This document shows, piece after piece, positions 28,701 to 43,269 of a DNA stretch of 61,096 nt. The notes under the pieces were generated by a model. That model did no database searches and had not been told where the DNA came from. It saw only the letters and a program-made list of their open reading frames with translations. Numbering within the stretch: position 1 is the stretch's first letter; every line of letters starts with the position of its first letter. This DNA is from Catajapyx aquilonaris (lineage: Eukaryota), in assembly GCA_000934665.2 (NCBI GenBank), contig JYFJ02002317.1:1-61096 (forward strand). Direction: 5' to 3'. Both the position numbers and the translations under genes were made by a program.

Positions 28701-31700
28701 AGAAGGGACCATGATGTAAACTGCGTGGATTTTGAGGCATGAGGTGAAATCATGCAGGGCTTGTTGTTGAGGTAGTATAGAGTGGTGCATTCCGCAGCCC
28801 ATGTGTATAATACGATGGGAGGGAGAGGGTGCTGGGTTCCAAAGGAGAGCCAGCAACCCTCCACCCTTCCACCCCCCTTGATATATACCCCTTGCTTGCT
28901 CTTGTGGTCGATAAGCAGCGTGTTTGGATAAGGTCAGGCTGCCGGTGGATGTAGCACAGGGTGCACTGCAACTGGACCGCAGGAGGCATTCCTATATACC
29001 CACCACCTGAGTGTGGTCTGAGGGGAAGACGGCATAGGAGGGGGGTTGCGTGGGACAATAATGCAATGGTTCGAGGGCATCATCTGGGAGGGGAGGTTGG
29101 AATGGGCGAGGTTTTGGGTGGAAGGGGGGGTTGGGTTGGTGACTGCAGTTGGCCCACTTTCCGCTACAGGGAATGAAAAGGGGTCGGAGGGAGGGCAGTG
29201 GGGGAGGAGGAGGAGGAGGATTTGGCCCCAATCAAGGCGGTGATGTGGATGAGCCCACGGGCCTTTTCGGGGGGTGGAAAGTACACGTATAGGGGAGGGG
29301 AGGGATGGTTCAAGGCAACAAGAGGAAATATGGGTCGTGCGTGGGCGGAGGAGGAATGGGGAGAGTCAACGTGGAAGGCCAAGCGTGGGTGGGTGAGTTG
29401 GTGAAGAGAACGTGTGACACCCCGCCATTATGTATTGGGTGCTGCTCAATATAATCTGCTGCCACGGGATGAGTGGAGGGGGGGGAGGGGAGGGGAGCGA
29501 CGACGACACCAATTATGCAGGAATGCAATAGGGCCAGCCACTTCTCCCTGTATATGGTGGGAGAGTTGCCTCATTTCAATCCATAGAGAGGGCGTCATTC
29601 ATTCACGGTCTGGCGGGGATGGGGACGGATGGGGAATGAATAAGGGACAAGCAATAAGACGGCATGCCCTGCATTCCCTCCCCAATTCTAGTGGTTATTC
29701 CTACAAATATTGCCATTGTGCACTCAGACAGGACAACCTTACGAGCAAACAACCAGCAGGATCCAGGGATTAAACACCCAGACTATGCATTTTCTTCCAT
29801 CAGATCTCGGATTGTCCAAACTTCACAAGCCATATCGGATCGAGTATCGCAGCAAATATGAATAAAGTGAGCGGGATTTGCATACAGTATACATCGGAGT
29901 CTGATGCTTTCCCGAGTTATAGGCCGGATCGAAAGTTCAAGAACATCGTTGGAGCACTTTGACCAGACCACAAGGACTATAACGAAATTAGAGTGCAGTA
30001 GCAGCAGCAGCAGTATCAGAGAAATGAGGAGGGGGGGAGGGAAGTTGGGGGGATTTTCTTGGAGGCGCCGACGCCCGGAACTGGAAGCGCCGGAAAATAT
30101 AAGAAAGGTCTTAGATGCAGTATTTATACGGTGTTCCGAGGGCGATGAATCGGCGGATGCTTTTCCTGCGGCTTCGGCTGTGCTCCGGTTGCTAATTCAT
30201 TTTCTGATGATGTACAATGGAAGGGGGGGAAAAAAAGGCATCGTGCAAAAGGCCAACGTGCAACGACCCAATTGACTGACTGACTGACTGATGATCATTC
30301 TGCTGACGCGAATGAAGGAGCGGAGGAACCGCAGTGGAAGTGACTCTACCTAATGAGCCTTTTAAAAATGCATTCTTTCCGATGCTTATATGAACAGGAT
30401 CCGGCCACAACGGGAACAAATGCAGCGGAGAATCCCCGATTTTTTCTGCACTCAAAATTTAGGCATTTTTAAAAAGAACTCAGACTTTCTCAATGAAGGT
30501 TGGATACGGGAATGTTATCAGTTTTTAAAACTGCCTCTTGCTTCTCCCCTCTCCAATTATTGTCTTTATTGGAACGACCTCTTAGGCCTGGATTTGGAGA
30601 GAAACCCGCTACGGTCCAACACGACCCTATACTTGTACATGGTGGCAGCAAAGGTGTTTACCAACCTGCTGATGGCAATTTCTGAGCTCTTGCGTAACAT
30701 ATTTGGGTACCATCCTCCAAGTGTATTGATTTGCGATCGTAAGGTTGACTCTCGATAATTGCTGGCGCAGTGCACAGGGTGGTACAGCTCACCCCAACAA
30801 TATATGGAGAGGTGATGTGGAGCGAAAGGGGGCGGGGAACATGCAGATAGCACGCAGGCGCATACCCCCATCAGAATAACTGTGACGTATACTGCACATC
30901 GGGGTCTACTAGCGGGAATGCGCATGCGCGACTCTGCGTTTAAGCGGCTCTCATTGTTGTGGGCAGCGTGACGTCCCCCAACCCCCAAAGCATGTCCTTC
31001 GATACATACGTACAAGAGGGATCTCTCTATTATTTTGGTGGGATTGCACAAGCAGCACACACAGCAGTGTGTTGGTGTGTTGGCAGGAGGTGTGTGTTTA
31101 CATGGCGTGCTTTTGCATTTTTCCTTTCTACACCTTACCAGTAGGTGTCGCTGCAGACGAATCCAACCCATTCTGGGCAGCTGGGAAGGATAACACGGTC
31201 AAGTCTTTCCCCGTCGTCTTTGAAACAGTTCGATGGGGAAAGTGCAAAAAGGGGTGCAAGGTGAGTATGACGTGTCTGTTGTTGTCCCTGCCACACACAC
31301 ACTCACTCACTCACTGTCACGCGGCCTGTTCCATTCTGTGCGTGTGTCTCTCTCTCTCTCTCCAGCCAGTCACCCGCACATATTCACAACAGAGCACATG
31401 AGCGCCGCCGCGGTTGGAACCGAGCCGGACACCGAACCGGGGACTAGTAGTGCTCCTGCTGCATACTGCTGGTGGATAGGGAAAGAGGAGAGCAGCAGCA
31501 GCAGGAGAGAGAGAGAGGGCGCCTGCGGGGCCCGCGATGCGCCACCCCCCCCCCCTCCCACCCTCCAATCAACCTGGCCTCCCCCTTCCACCCCCCCACA
31601 CCACACGTACAGCATACATGGCCCACCCCCACCCACCCACCCACCCAACCACCCCCTTTTCTGGATGACCGCGCCGATCAATCCTCCTGCTGCCTCTATA

Positions 31701-34700
31701 GCCTGCTAGGTCTCCCCTAGCAACAGCAACCTCTCTCCCTCTCGACTCCTTCTATACCTCACCTTTCCGTCCAAAAAAGGGGGGGGGGGTGCTCTCTATC
31801 TCTCTCGTGGATCTCCCACTCCACCCACCCACCCCTCTCTCTCTCTGTGCCTGCAGCCTCTCCTTCGATATATACCTGCAGTCGATCAACGACCCTTCCC
31901 TCAACCTCCTCCATCGCACCTATTTTCCCCCTTCTAATGTGTCCCCCCAGCATTACAGGCCTCCCATCATCTCAAACCGTGGACTGAATGCGCAATTGCA
32001 TTTTTACCACCCTTCCTCCCATCGTCCCCTCTCTTTCAGGATTATTTGGGAAGAGAAAAGGGAAGGGAAGGGAGGGAGGGAGGGAGGGAGGGAGAGAGAA
32101 ATTTCTCCGCAGTGCTGGGAATTCTGGTTGGATGGCATCGGAAATATGCGGATGGGCTTTACCTGGGGAGGTCAATAATAAGGGGAGGAAGGGGTGACGA
32201 CCCGAATAAGACCAAGACCTGAACAGACGGTTCCAGCCAATTTAGCAACCTGCCTCGTCCTATTATATACGGTTTTCTTGCAAATAGGATCGAATGAGAC
32301 AGAGAGAGGGGGAGAGAAGGCATTAGCCTCCTCTGCGAATGCGGCTTCTAATAACTGTCGGAAATGAGGGGGAAAGAGAAACTCGATTTTCCAAAGGATC
32401 TGTCCCGATATCCCAATATTCCAATATTCCAAGCCACAAAAACGTAAGGCCACCCCATCACACCCACGCCCAATTATTGCGTTTTCATGTAGAACGAGAT
32501 CCAAATACCAGCATTCATTACAATCAAGACAGTATCCCTTATTAATAAAGCTGAAAGTTTGCACATTTATTCATTTATTTATTTATTTATCACGCCTAAT
32601 TAAGCCACTTCCCGGGTACGGAGAGCGCTGAAATTTCTCACACCCATGTCTTATACCTATCGGTGATCCCGGCAAAAATCCAAAAAGGGCATTTTAAAAA
32701 AAGTCACAGGTCGGTTTTCACCAGCCTTTACAGCCTTTTTATACGGTACTGTATTTATTGATAGAACCCGCCACAAGAACCGCGGAAAACAAAGCAAAAA
32801 ACTTATTTTATGGTCGTGCGTTTGGACTCAAAAGTGTTGAAAGTGATGTGTTTATGTTCACATTGTGTTGTTATCGTCATATTTTTCACAATTAAAAAAT
32901 TTAAAAAATTTAAATTGTCGTCAACGTAAAACGGCGTAAAATGGAGCGGCATAAAACGCATACCTACTGTATTTGATATAATTGGACGGTGTTATGCAAG
33001 AATGCGTCAACCCACATGAGAACAGTTTTGAGAAAAGGGGCTTTGAAGGTCATACCTGCGAAATTAATTCAGTGTTCTTTTCGGTCATTTGTGGCGGAAG
33101 TATGCAGATTTCACCAGCGTGAATTTAACTGGATGAAGTATTACCATCCTTTGGCGGGTGTATGTTCATGGGTTTAACTCAATTTTGACATTTTCTGTTG
33201 ACCCATTATTGATGCATAAGACTGTGCAATTATCCCTCCGCTTTCAATCACTTCTGATGCGTACGTTGACTGACACTATATGTATATGTACGGTACCCGA
33301 TACTATACACACGGGTTTCCTGCTCATAAATTAATGAATAAATGTTTTCAAAATATAATGTATGTAAGGCAAAGTTTCTTATATTTTTTAGTTTCCGTGT
33401 GGGGAATGGGAACGGGATTTTGTTGGCGATTACCATGGAACCAGGCCGTGCGAAGAACGGGCTCCGCTGCTAGTACGGCATATAATTTAGTGTATGCTAC
33501 AGGCCTAATTGCACCTATTTATATTTTGGGTCGTCAGCAGGGTTTGCCTCTTCGATTTAATTTGGGATTTGAATGCGCCAAAATATTGCTCATTGACAAG
33601 AATTTATCGATTATTGTAATAAATGCGCCATTGGATTTAACAGCAATAGCAAAAAATAACCGTCTGGTAACGACTACCACTGCGGCAATATATTTCATTG
33701 TGGGTACAAACACTACTTTTTACAACAGACGCGTAATTTCCAGTGGCAATATTTGCCCTGATAATGCGCGTCTATTCCTGCAGCAGAGCCCCATACTTTC
33801 GGGGCCTCGCGTAATTAAAAGCAGCAACTAACTCTTATAAAGTAAATGCCGCCCCTGATGACGTCAATTCGCTCCTGGCACACACCTCACATCCACACAT
33901 AATATACACTTTGAGTATAATTATACAAGTAGTATTATATTCATCCAGCCAACAGCGCACTTGCAATCTACCCATTTTGGAACTGGCACTACAACTCTTG
34001 TTCCAAAGCGAAAATGTGCTCCAACTAACGACCATGTTCTGTCATATTTTCACACAAAATAGCAAAGCAGTCAACTAGGTTCCTCCAACAGCAGTTTGGA
34101 GCATCAAGAAGTGAGAATAATAATTATTATTATTATTTGATGATCTCATGCAAGTAATTACGAGGCACCGATTCATAACCCCGACTCCATCGAGACAATA
34201 TGGAAATCAGAGAATGAGCCTGATGTACCTGAGATGATTCCAATGATAAGACGCGATGTCAGCATGGGATATGCGCCATGTTTCTCTGCGTGGGTACAAC
34301 AAGTGTGCAAAAAAAGAGGCAGTACATCAGGCCTTTGCGTGTATATTATATCCAGCGAGACTAATCTGTGTGTTCCAGCTGATGCAGCGGCTGCAGCACC
34401 GATCATTTTTTCCGACAGCATGACGCGGGCATGGAAATTGATTTTTGATTAGATCGTTGCTCAGGCCCAAAGTGCTCATTAACTCCACCGCCTCTGCGGT
34501 CTATATACGAGCAGTTGTACACACGTTCAGGTTGCCCAGCCCCATCTCGCTCCGTCCCATATTTTCCATATACTCACTGATGGTAACTAACCATCAGCAG
34601 AGAGGAAGTCGTGAAGGAAGGAAGGAAGGAAGGAAGGAAGATCCCTGGCATAAAAAAAGATTGAGAAATGGTTGGCAGAGAATTGGCCACAAGTTACACG

Positions 34701-37700
34701 GCAAGGAGAGATGATGATGCAAAACAGCATAATAATTCGCTCTCTGGTATGGTGGTGGTGGTGGTGGTGGTGGTGGTGGTGGTGGTGGTGGTGGTGGTGG
34801 TGACGACACCCTCACGCCTGTATAGGGGTTGGCCAGGGTTCAAGATTCCCTTGGAGGTCAGGGTTCTGTAACGAGCGGACCCCCTGGCCAAACCCATCTC
34901 CTTGCCAAGGGTTTATTATGTCGGTGACGTCACCCGATTTGGTGCCCTGCCCGAGATTTACACAAAGCCAATTATTACGGTGCTTGCTGCCTTACTGCTG
35001 GCCAGGTGCTGCAAGATTTTGTCGGCTTAATGGACTGCCCCAAACGTCCTCCTCAATCCTCACCCTCCAGGTGGCTATAGGTCAGAAATTACCAACAACA
35101 GTCTCTTTGATAGTTTGATTGCGGTGGTGGTGGTGGTGGTGGTATAGGGAAGAAATGCATGTCACCTAGGAGTTGGGCTCTGCAAATTTCTAAGATGACA
35201 AGAGTTCTAGTCGATTTTGACCATTTCGAATCTGCTTTTTTTGGTTATCTTAGCGCGCCAAAACATGTGTAATCCACAGGCAATCCATTATCCATCCCCT
35301 GGCTGCCGCCTTACCTAACCGACAGGATATTATTCCCTCTCATTCACACGGGTGCAAAGGGCAAATAATACAGCGCAACAAAAAAAAAAACTTTCGGCGT
35401 GTTACTCGGAAACCACTATGCACATCATGTTAGTAGGACCCAAAGTAGCTGGGAAACGCCCGGGATTTCTCAGCTACTTTGGGTCCTGCTAACATGATGT
35501 GCATATAGTGGTTTCCGAGTAACACGCCGAAAGTTTTTTTTTGTTGCGCTGTGTAATTCCCAATGCAATTAGCCGAAATGGCCTGAATCAACCAGAACTA
35601 TACGCCACATAAGTTATTAGAAACGAAGCCAAGTCTGGGAGGAAAATGTCCGCTGTACATACAGCCGGTGCAGCAGGCGCCACGAGCAGGTGCATTGAAC
35701 CCTGTGATCTGCTGAAGGGTAATGTACGGTGTGCTGGTCACTGATGTGCCTACCTGAGCCCTGACTGCAGAGAGGTGAATCTGAGCGACCCTGAGGTCGA
35801 ATCTCTTAAGGCTGATGTCCTCCTGCAGCTCGTTGGCCTTGTTGAACAGGTTCGACTCCAGGCTCCTGCCAACAGAGAGAACGGGAGATGCGAGCAAAAC
35901 CACACGAGAAGGTGTGAGGTTTCTCACATTATATATTATACATAACACAACGCCTCAGTCGCCTGTATACGTCGGCCCTGCAAATCAATGCATTTTGCCA
36001 TATACACTCTATAGAATCTAGATGATGCTGCGACTGACCTCTGCTGCATCCTGACCAATGTGTCCAAGGCGTCCTGCAGGTTCCTGATCTGGGCCTCCAG
36101 GTCGGCCGCCTCCTTCCTCAGGGCCTCGTACCTGCTCCGGATGGGCCCTCCTCCCAGCCTCTCGCTCAGGATCTCGTCCTTCAGGACCGGAACCAGCCCA
36201 GGGTCCTGTCACACGACGCATAGAACACAAACACATAATTATGATGCACTGATCAATGCTTGACCTACGATACGGGTACTATAGGACTACAGCATAATGA
36301 GACGTTGACTCCGGAGATCTACTATTCCCCCCCCCCCTTCCCCTCGGTACATATATACCAGAGGGTATATACGTATGATAGTGGTATATATACCGCCGGA
36401 GAGTGTGTATACGTACCGGTATGGGTGTGGTGGGTGGCGGTGCTGGCATCTCAGGGACGGATCCGTCTTCGTTGGGCGGTGGTGGCGAGGGCGGAGGGGG
36501 CGCCTTTGGGGTGGGCTGTCTGAAGGTGTGCTTGGGCATCGGGGGAGGGGGGACGCCCATCGCCTTCACGAACTGCTGGAGGTCATTCGGACCGGTCACC
36601 CCCTTGGTCAGGCTCACAAGGGACTCGTACCGACGACTCTGCTCCTGGGCCTGCACATGATGGGGAAACACCATTACACACATTATATCTAGTATACACC
36701 ACATGCAGTACGCTACGTACATAAAGGCAAGCAAGACCATCAGTAAATCAGACCCTTCTACAGCGTAACAAAAATTAAAGTCTTTCGATATGTTGGTGGT
36801 GTAGGGCATGGCACACAACGCCAGTCAAGAAGGGACGATAAAAGCCCGTGGCGTGCCATGTCCCTGATACCACACCAATGGTAACACAACAAAAGGCTAA
36901 TTGCCGCTGCACGGCATAATTAATCCTCCTGAAACTAGTGTATAGAAGAGTGCAAATAAGTGCAATTTCTGTGGAATAACTGGCCACCCGCAGTATATGT
37001 TAAAGTGAAAAGTCTTGTCGGCCTGACAGTCCATCGCTTCCAATAACCCTTCCAAAATGGGGAGAACTATTTGCCTGGTTATTCCACTTTAAGCGACATG
37101 CCCATCGAATTAGAATGGCACTCAATTACGAGGCTAATTACACCGACAAGGATTTTGTAGGTGCAGCGATATCAGTGATACAGACACAGCAAGCAAACGC
37201 GAAATGTTTAATTGGGAGGGAATACTTCCGCTAGACTGGGCTATGCAATAGTACTTGGTGCATGAATTAATGCGTGTCGTGCTATACACACTGCTGGACG
37301 CAAGCGCCGCCAATACAGCCTACGTCAGCATCACGGTCAGTATAATTATGCTGCGTCATTTTAAACTGACAAAAGTAACTTTCAGCGCCCCATCACCCAA
37401 TTTCACGCACTGCATGCTGTGTAAATATCACATTAGAAATTCATTAAATTAACATTTCTTTAAATATGATGCAGTCGGGCCGGGATATTTTTACAGCGGG
37501 CACGTGCTGCAAGTGAATCATGCAATATTGAACACCTGCTGAATTACCCAACCGCTTTTATTTTAGGAAAGAATGAAAGTGCATGTCCAAATTACTGCAG
37601 AGGGATATAGAATTCATCGCCGACAGCTACTTGCCCGACATCAATGTATACCAAGCGGGCTCACATCGCAAGGACCTATAGGGTATTGTGAAAATATCTC

Positions 37701-40700
37701 GCTTGGAATAAGTGTCAAATCAGACGTGTCATGACCCTACGCGCCACTCTGCATGCATCCCTCGATTTCCTCACATACTTTCACATAATTAGTATATAGC
37801 CTGGAGCAATAGGTCATTTTATTTCCTCAAACTTGACGAGGAGGTTGGCGTGGACTACCTCTGGCAACAATAATTTCACTTCAAGATTCGTGCCAATTGC
37901 AGCAGTTTGAAAAGTGGTGTGCCGTTATCTGAGAGTCCTTTCGGGAATTGCAGGCCGCGAGGGATTTGGGCTGGTTAGAATGTGTCGAGTGTCTGGAAGG
38001 GGTATGCTACCCCGCAGAGCGAGCTATAGATCCCAACCTAGCTATATATCCCTGCCTCGCCATCTGCGAACGGGGCAGACAAGCTGGTGCTGCTGCTACC
38101 AGATGGACCGGGTTGCACCTTGCGTCCTACACGAGCCGCCAGATGCCTCCCGCCGACTCCTTCAACACATCATGCAGCAGCATGCATATAGTTACCGTCG
38201 TAGTATGTACAGTAAATAACGAGCGGCGTGCCTGATGGCTCAGGTGTAACTGCGGCGTGCACACCCGCCCGACTCAACACAGCAGCACATTGCACCCAAT
38301 CAATCAGCACCCTTCCACTGCTCGGGACAACAAATCATGCTCCTTTTGTGACCTTTCCAAACTCCCCGCAAACTTCCTGCGCTGTGGTAAGAATAAAAAC
38401 CCTTCCGCACGATGACCTCACAGGCCAATCCATTCATTTATTATTTTGCAAAAGGGACAGATAATGATGTTGATGCGTATAGTGGTTGTCGGTTTCCCCT
38501 TGATCTGTGCTCTTCTGGGGAACTGTAATCGCAGCAACCCCGTCGTAGTGCATGTGATGGTGTACATATACGTATACGGAGGAGGTGCCTTTGTCAGAGT
38601 CTGGGGGCCCGAACAAAAAAAAAAAAAAAGGCGAACTCTCTTTTGTCAAAAGGAAATAATCACATTGGGGCCTCCCTCCCTCCCTCCCTCCTTCCCTATA
38701 TAGCTGTATTATTATGACATTTGGCCCCGCGATATACACATCCGTCCACGGCCGACTAATATTTTCATTCTCTGCGGCATTTACGTGGCTTCCCTTTCAA
38801 CCATTGGTCGCCTCAAGCCTCAGCTCCACTCATGCCAATACTTTTGCAAAACTCCCCTCCCTCCCTCCCTCCCTTCCTCCCTCCCCACCTCTTTTTTCGC
38901 AACCTCAGTGAGCCAGCAGCGTCCTTGCCCAACTCTCTTTATTTTCCACAACCGCCGCCGTGGTTCTTTTCAACTTGCAGGAGTCTCTCTCCCTCTAAAG
39001 GCCTTTTGCACACATTCGCCTGCCATCCAATGTGATGCATATCTGAAAGGGCGACACTATATATACTTTCATCGCCGCTTTCTCTGCGACAATGAGCACG
39101 CCTCCTTTGTCGGGAGGCCTCCGCAGGGCTATATACGGAAAAAAGAACTCTCCGCCAATAACAATTAGACTAATAATGCGTGGGTGGCGCGGAAAGGGGA
39201 CAGATATAACTCGGCTATGTGCCTACAGATTTCCCACCGACCTGACATTGATGATCATCCCAGAGAGAGAAACTGTACGGCTAATCTGGGTCCACAGAAC
39301 CGTACATATGCCATCATAACAATCCGAGCAATGCGACTTAGGCGGATCTAATGCTGCGACCTTGCCTTTTAATAACAATAATGACACGGGAGGTCGATTG
39401 ATAATCCCCTTAATGAAGAATGGGTGTCAGTCTAGCGTGACGGGAGGCGGTCGGATGAGTGAATGAATGGGGGAAAAGGCAATCTCGGGGTGACTCCTGA
39501 GTGACACGGGCTTTATACACAGAGTCAAAGTTCCCTTGCCACAGATTGGCCTCTGCCAGAAGCCAGAAAGCAGCCGCAGACATCATATACACACGGAGAG
39601 ATCTGATATATAATATTTGTCGTATACAGACAGACAGAATTGAGGCACAAAACAATCAGCGGTATAAGCCGGGCGACCACGGGAAATGAACCGCTCCATT
39701 CTCCTCCTGGTTTCGAGGTTCCTTTGAGAAGCTTCTGCTTCCATAACGAACCTGCTGGGATGTCAACTCGACACAAGCCCAAAAAGAGATCATCGGGAAT
39801 TCCCAGCAGAAAAAAAGGGTGAAAACCGATGGAAAACATGAGAGGAAACTGGAAGCTATTCGGAACACGTGCCAGGAAAGGGGAAAAAAAGGAACGATAC
39901 GTTTGCGGCGGATGCTTGGAAGAAATTCCAGATAAAGCCACTTTTCCACCCCCTTGTTGTTGTTGTCGTCGACACTTTTATTTCTTTTTTTCCCTTCGTT
40001 TGGTCTCCCCCAACACCTCCAGTGCGACCGACACCCTCCCGAGCTCTTTCCTCCCAGCGGTGGGTCCTTTTGATTCCCTGTTGTGGAAACGCGGGCTTCT
40101 CTCTTCGGGTGGAATCACTTTTCTGGCTTTTTCTTCTCCTTGGAAAGAATTCGCTCGCTCCCTTCCAGATCATCATGCTTGGCTCCTTCCTTCCTTCCTT
40201 CCTTCCAAGAGGAGTGAGAAACAACTTTTCAAACAAATGCCATTACTCTTTCGAAACAACGCAGATAAAGGACTTGACGGCCGATCTATACAGGAGAGGC
40301 CCACACGACGGCGTTTCGGACTTTACGACGCTCAACGACTGCCTGACCAATCGAGAGGGGTGAGTTACGACCCCGGGGGGCCACTCTTCAATCGCCGCCC
40401 TTCGTATAACTAAGCCGGCAGCTTTTAAACGGTATATATGGACATTCTTAATACTGTAAGTCACCTCGATTTCTATTTATTATAAGGCGCCAGATTTGCT
40501 GCAATTGCCCACATTGCCAATAGTGACTGAGAGTGTGGTGAGAGGCTAAAACGATGCCTAAGCAACTGGGAGGGCCTCCGGCTGTTTCCCAACGAGCACG
40601 TGGGCGACAGACGCACACGAGGTCAGTCCCTGGTGTTGGCGAAGGACGGGCAAGGTCGCAGCACCCCGCGTCCACCCGACCCGTCAAATAATGCCCGTCA

Positions 40701-43225
40701 CGCACCTCCCACGTACCTATTGTAAAATACACCTGCCTTCCTCGACCCAAGCTGCCAAGGGGGGCACAAAAAAAAGCGAGAGAAGGAAATATCAATAATT
40801 TCTCGCAGGGGAACAGGCTTCCCCAATGCTCGTGTAATTTGCAGCTACAGATTTTGTTCGGGGTTAAATGTAGCACAACTACTTTGTTCGCAATGTACAG
40901 GACATATTTGCAATGCTACAGCTTGTGCAAATACCGCGGTCGGATTAATTATTCTGTAGTCCTCACCTCTTTAGTTTAATAGCCCATTCTACACATATTT
41001 TTCGTAACAAATCCTCGCATCCGACTTGTACTAATCTCTCCTTATATAATGCACCATTTCAAGCATATACAAAACAGGCGCAAAACACCGCCCTGCATTG
41101 TTGGATGTAAGAATATGCGCATGTCCTAATTGAATCGCTGAAATGTGCTCCCCTATATTATAACATGGCGCCAGTGAATGCGTGGCAAATGCGATCAAAT
41201 CCTCCCCAGTGCAAAGTGAAGTGGCGCGATAAGAATATGATTAGGGTCGAACAGCAAGCTCTTGTACAGGAGCAGCAAGAGAATGAGCGTTGGGTTATTT
41301 TCCCCAACCCCTGGAGAGAGAGAACTTTCCGGTTTGAATGCTGCTGGCTGAGCGTCAATAAGCGGCCGGGACCTGGTATAATGTATAGAGCCCTCCAGCT
41401 CAATACCGCCCATACAGCACCGTCGTGTCATACCAAGGAAAGGGGCTCAATGGAGCTGAGGTCGGAGCGATAAGAGCAGGGATACACACAAGCAGTATAA
41501 TCGGGACGGATTTATACAGAGTACAGTGCCGCATAGATATGGAGGCACAGGCTTCTGCTGCATGCTGGGCTTTGATCTGGACCGAAAGAAGGAGAGAATA
41601 TGTCGAAGAGGAATTGAGGTGTCTGGTCAGCAGGCGCCGCTTATCCTGGTGCTTCCTCTGGCCTTCTCTTTCTCTGTCCGGAAGCGGTGTATTGACGTCA
41701 CCGGATCCGCGGATACACTCGATGGTTGCTTGCACACACAGCTTCCGGTTTCTTGGATTCCAATCTGAATAATGCATTATTTTCTTCGCAAAAACAGAGG
41801 AGAGACGTCTTCGCCATACTTTCCCCATATCCCACCTTATACTGTATATACTCTATACAGTTGTACTTATGCACACACAGCGTTGTTCAAGTCTCCAGTT
41901 CATAAAGGAGAAAATGTTTCGGATTGTTCAACCCTGACAGCTCCCTGGCATTAGCAACAACTAGCGGCCACACATTTGCATGTTGGCGTCGCGTCGCTTC
42001 TGGTTTGCTGGAGTGAACAATCCCCAACTTACTCCTTTGAACTCGGGGATATTTGGGCAGCGCGCCACCCTGTCAACTATATACTGTTGGGAACACTTGA
42101 TGGATTTTTTCCCGAAGCGCAAGGGAGTTACGTCAATAATACGGATTCGCATACAGTTCGGAGTGCAATCCGGCTCTCTAGCTAAATGCCCCACAAAAAT
42201 TGACTGTCAGTGGCAGTTCAAAGACTATACGTCTATGGGTGTGTATAGTGCTGTCCATGTTAATGTGAAACCCACATTTTCGAGCCGGAAAAGGACCCGT
42301 AAATCCTGCTCAAATGTGAAAAATTAAATGCGACTTCCGAGATATTTCCCCGCTCTTTAACGTGAGCATACATATTGTTACAAAATCGCACTCAAAATCA
42401 GTTAAACATTTTTTGGCTGTTTTTGTTCATTTTGAATTGTCTCAAAAACATCCCCGGTTTGACATGCTCTAATTTCTCAAAATGGACCAAAATGGCGGCG
42501 TCTGACATCGGAAGCGTCTCGTTCCCTGCCTGCCGTGCTTGATGATCGTATATACTGTAAAGATGTGTCGATTTACCATTGGCACGCGGCTGATGCCAAG
42601 TCGTGTATTGGTCCACTCGACCTTTTTGGGAGTATCAAGTGGACATTCCGAAGACTTTTAAAGACTCATTCGATAGTATAAAAAGTGTCCAAATTTTTGA
42701 GTGTCAAACATAATTTGAAGAGAAACGTATTTTGAAGTGGCTTAAATGCTTCTCCTGAACTATATAGTGGCAGACAAGAGGTGTAATGCAACTAGTATAA
42801 GTATTGACTCACCCTGTTGGTGACGATCTCGGCCCCTTGCAGCACCGAGTCTGCCACCGTGTTGCACAGGTCCACGTACACGTCCTCCAGCTCCTGCAAC
42901 GACAATATTTTTGATGGTATAGTGCGCACTGGACCGTGCATCACACGCACGTATGTCATGTATAATAGCCGCAGTGTATACGTACCTGCAGCATCTGAGG
43001 CAAGGTGTCCCCGTGGTACTCGGCCAGCATCCCGTTGGCCGCGTGCAGCTGCTGCACGTAGGCGTTGTGGGCGTCGAAGTAGGCCGCCAGACTGCCGCTG
43101 CTCTGGTTCGTCGCGTGGTTCTGGTACGCATCCACGTAGTCGTGTCGACACTGTTCAGGGAGGAAAGGTCAAGAGCACGTGTGTACAGCACGCGTCAACA
43201 TCGCAACATGCAACAGGTGGGTCCC

Positions 43226-43269
<44 letters not shown>

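Noticed and set aside
33280..33831. 183-aa plus-strand ORF in a Stac intron
   Set aside because: AT-rich, no motif and no splice context; consistent with chance.
39829..40413. 194-aa plus-strand ORF
   Set aside because: Low-complexity intronic sequence with no domain signal.
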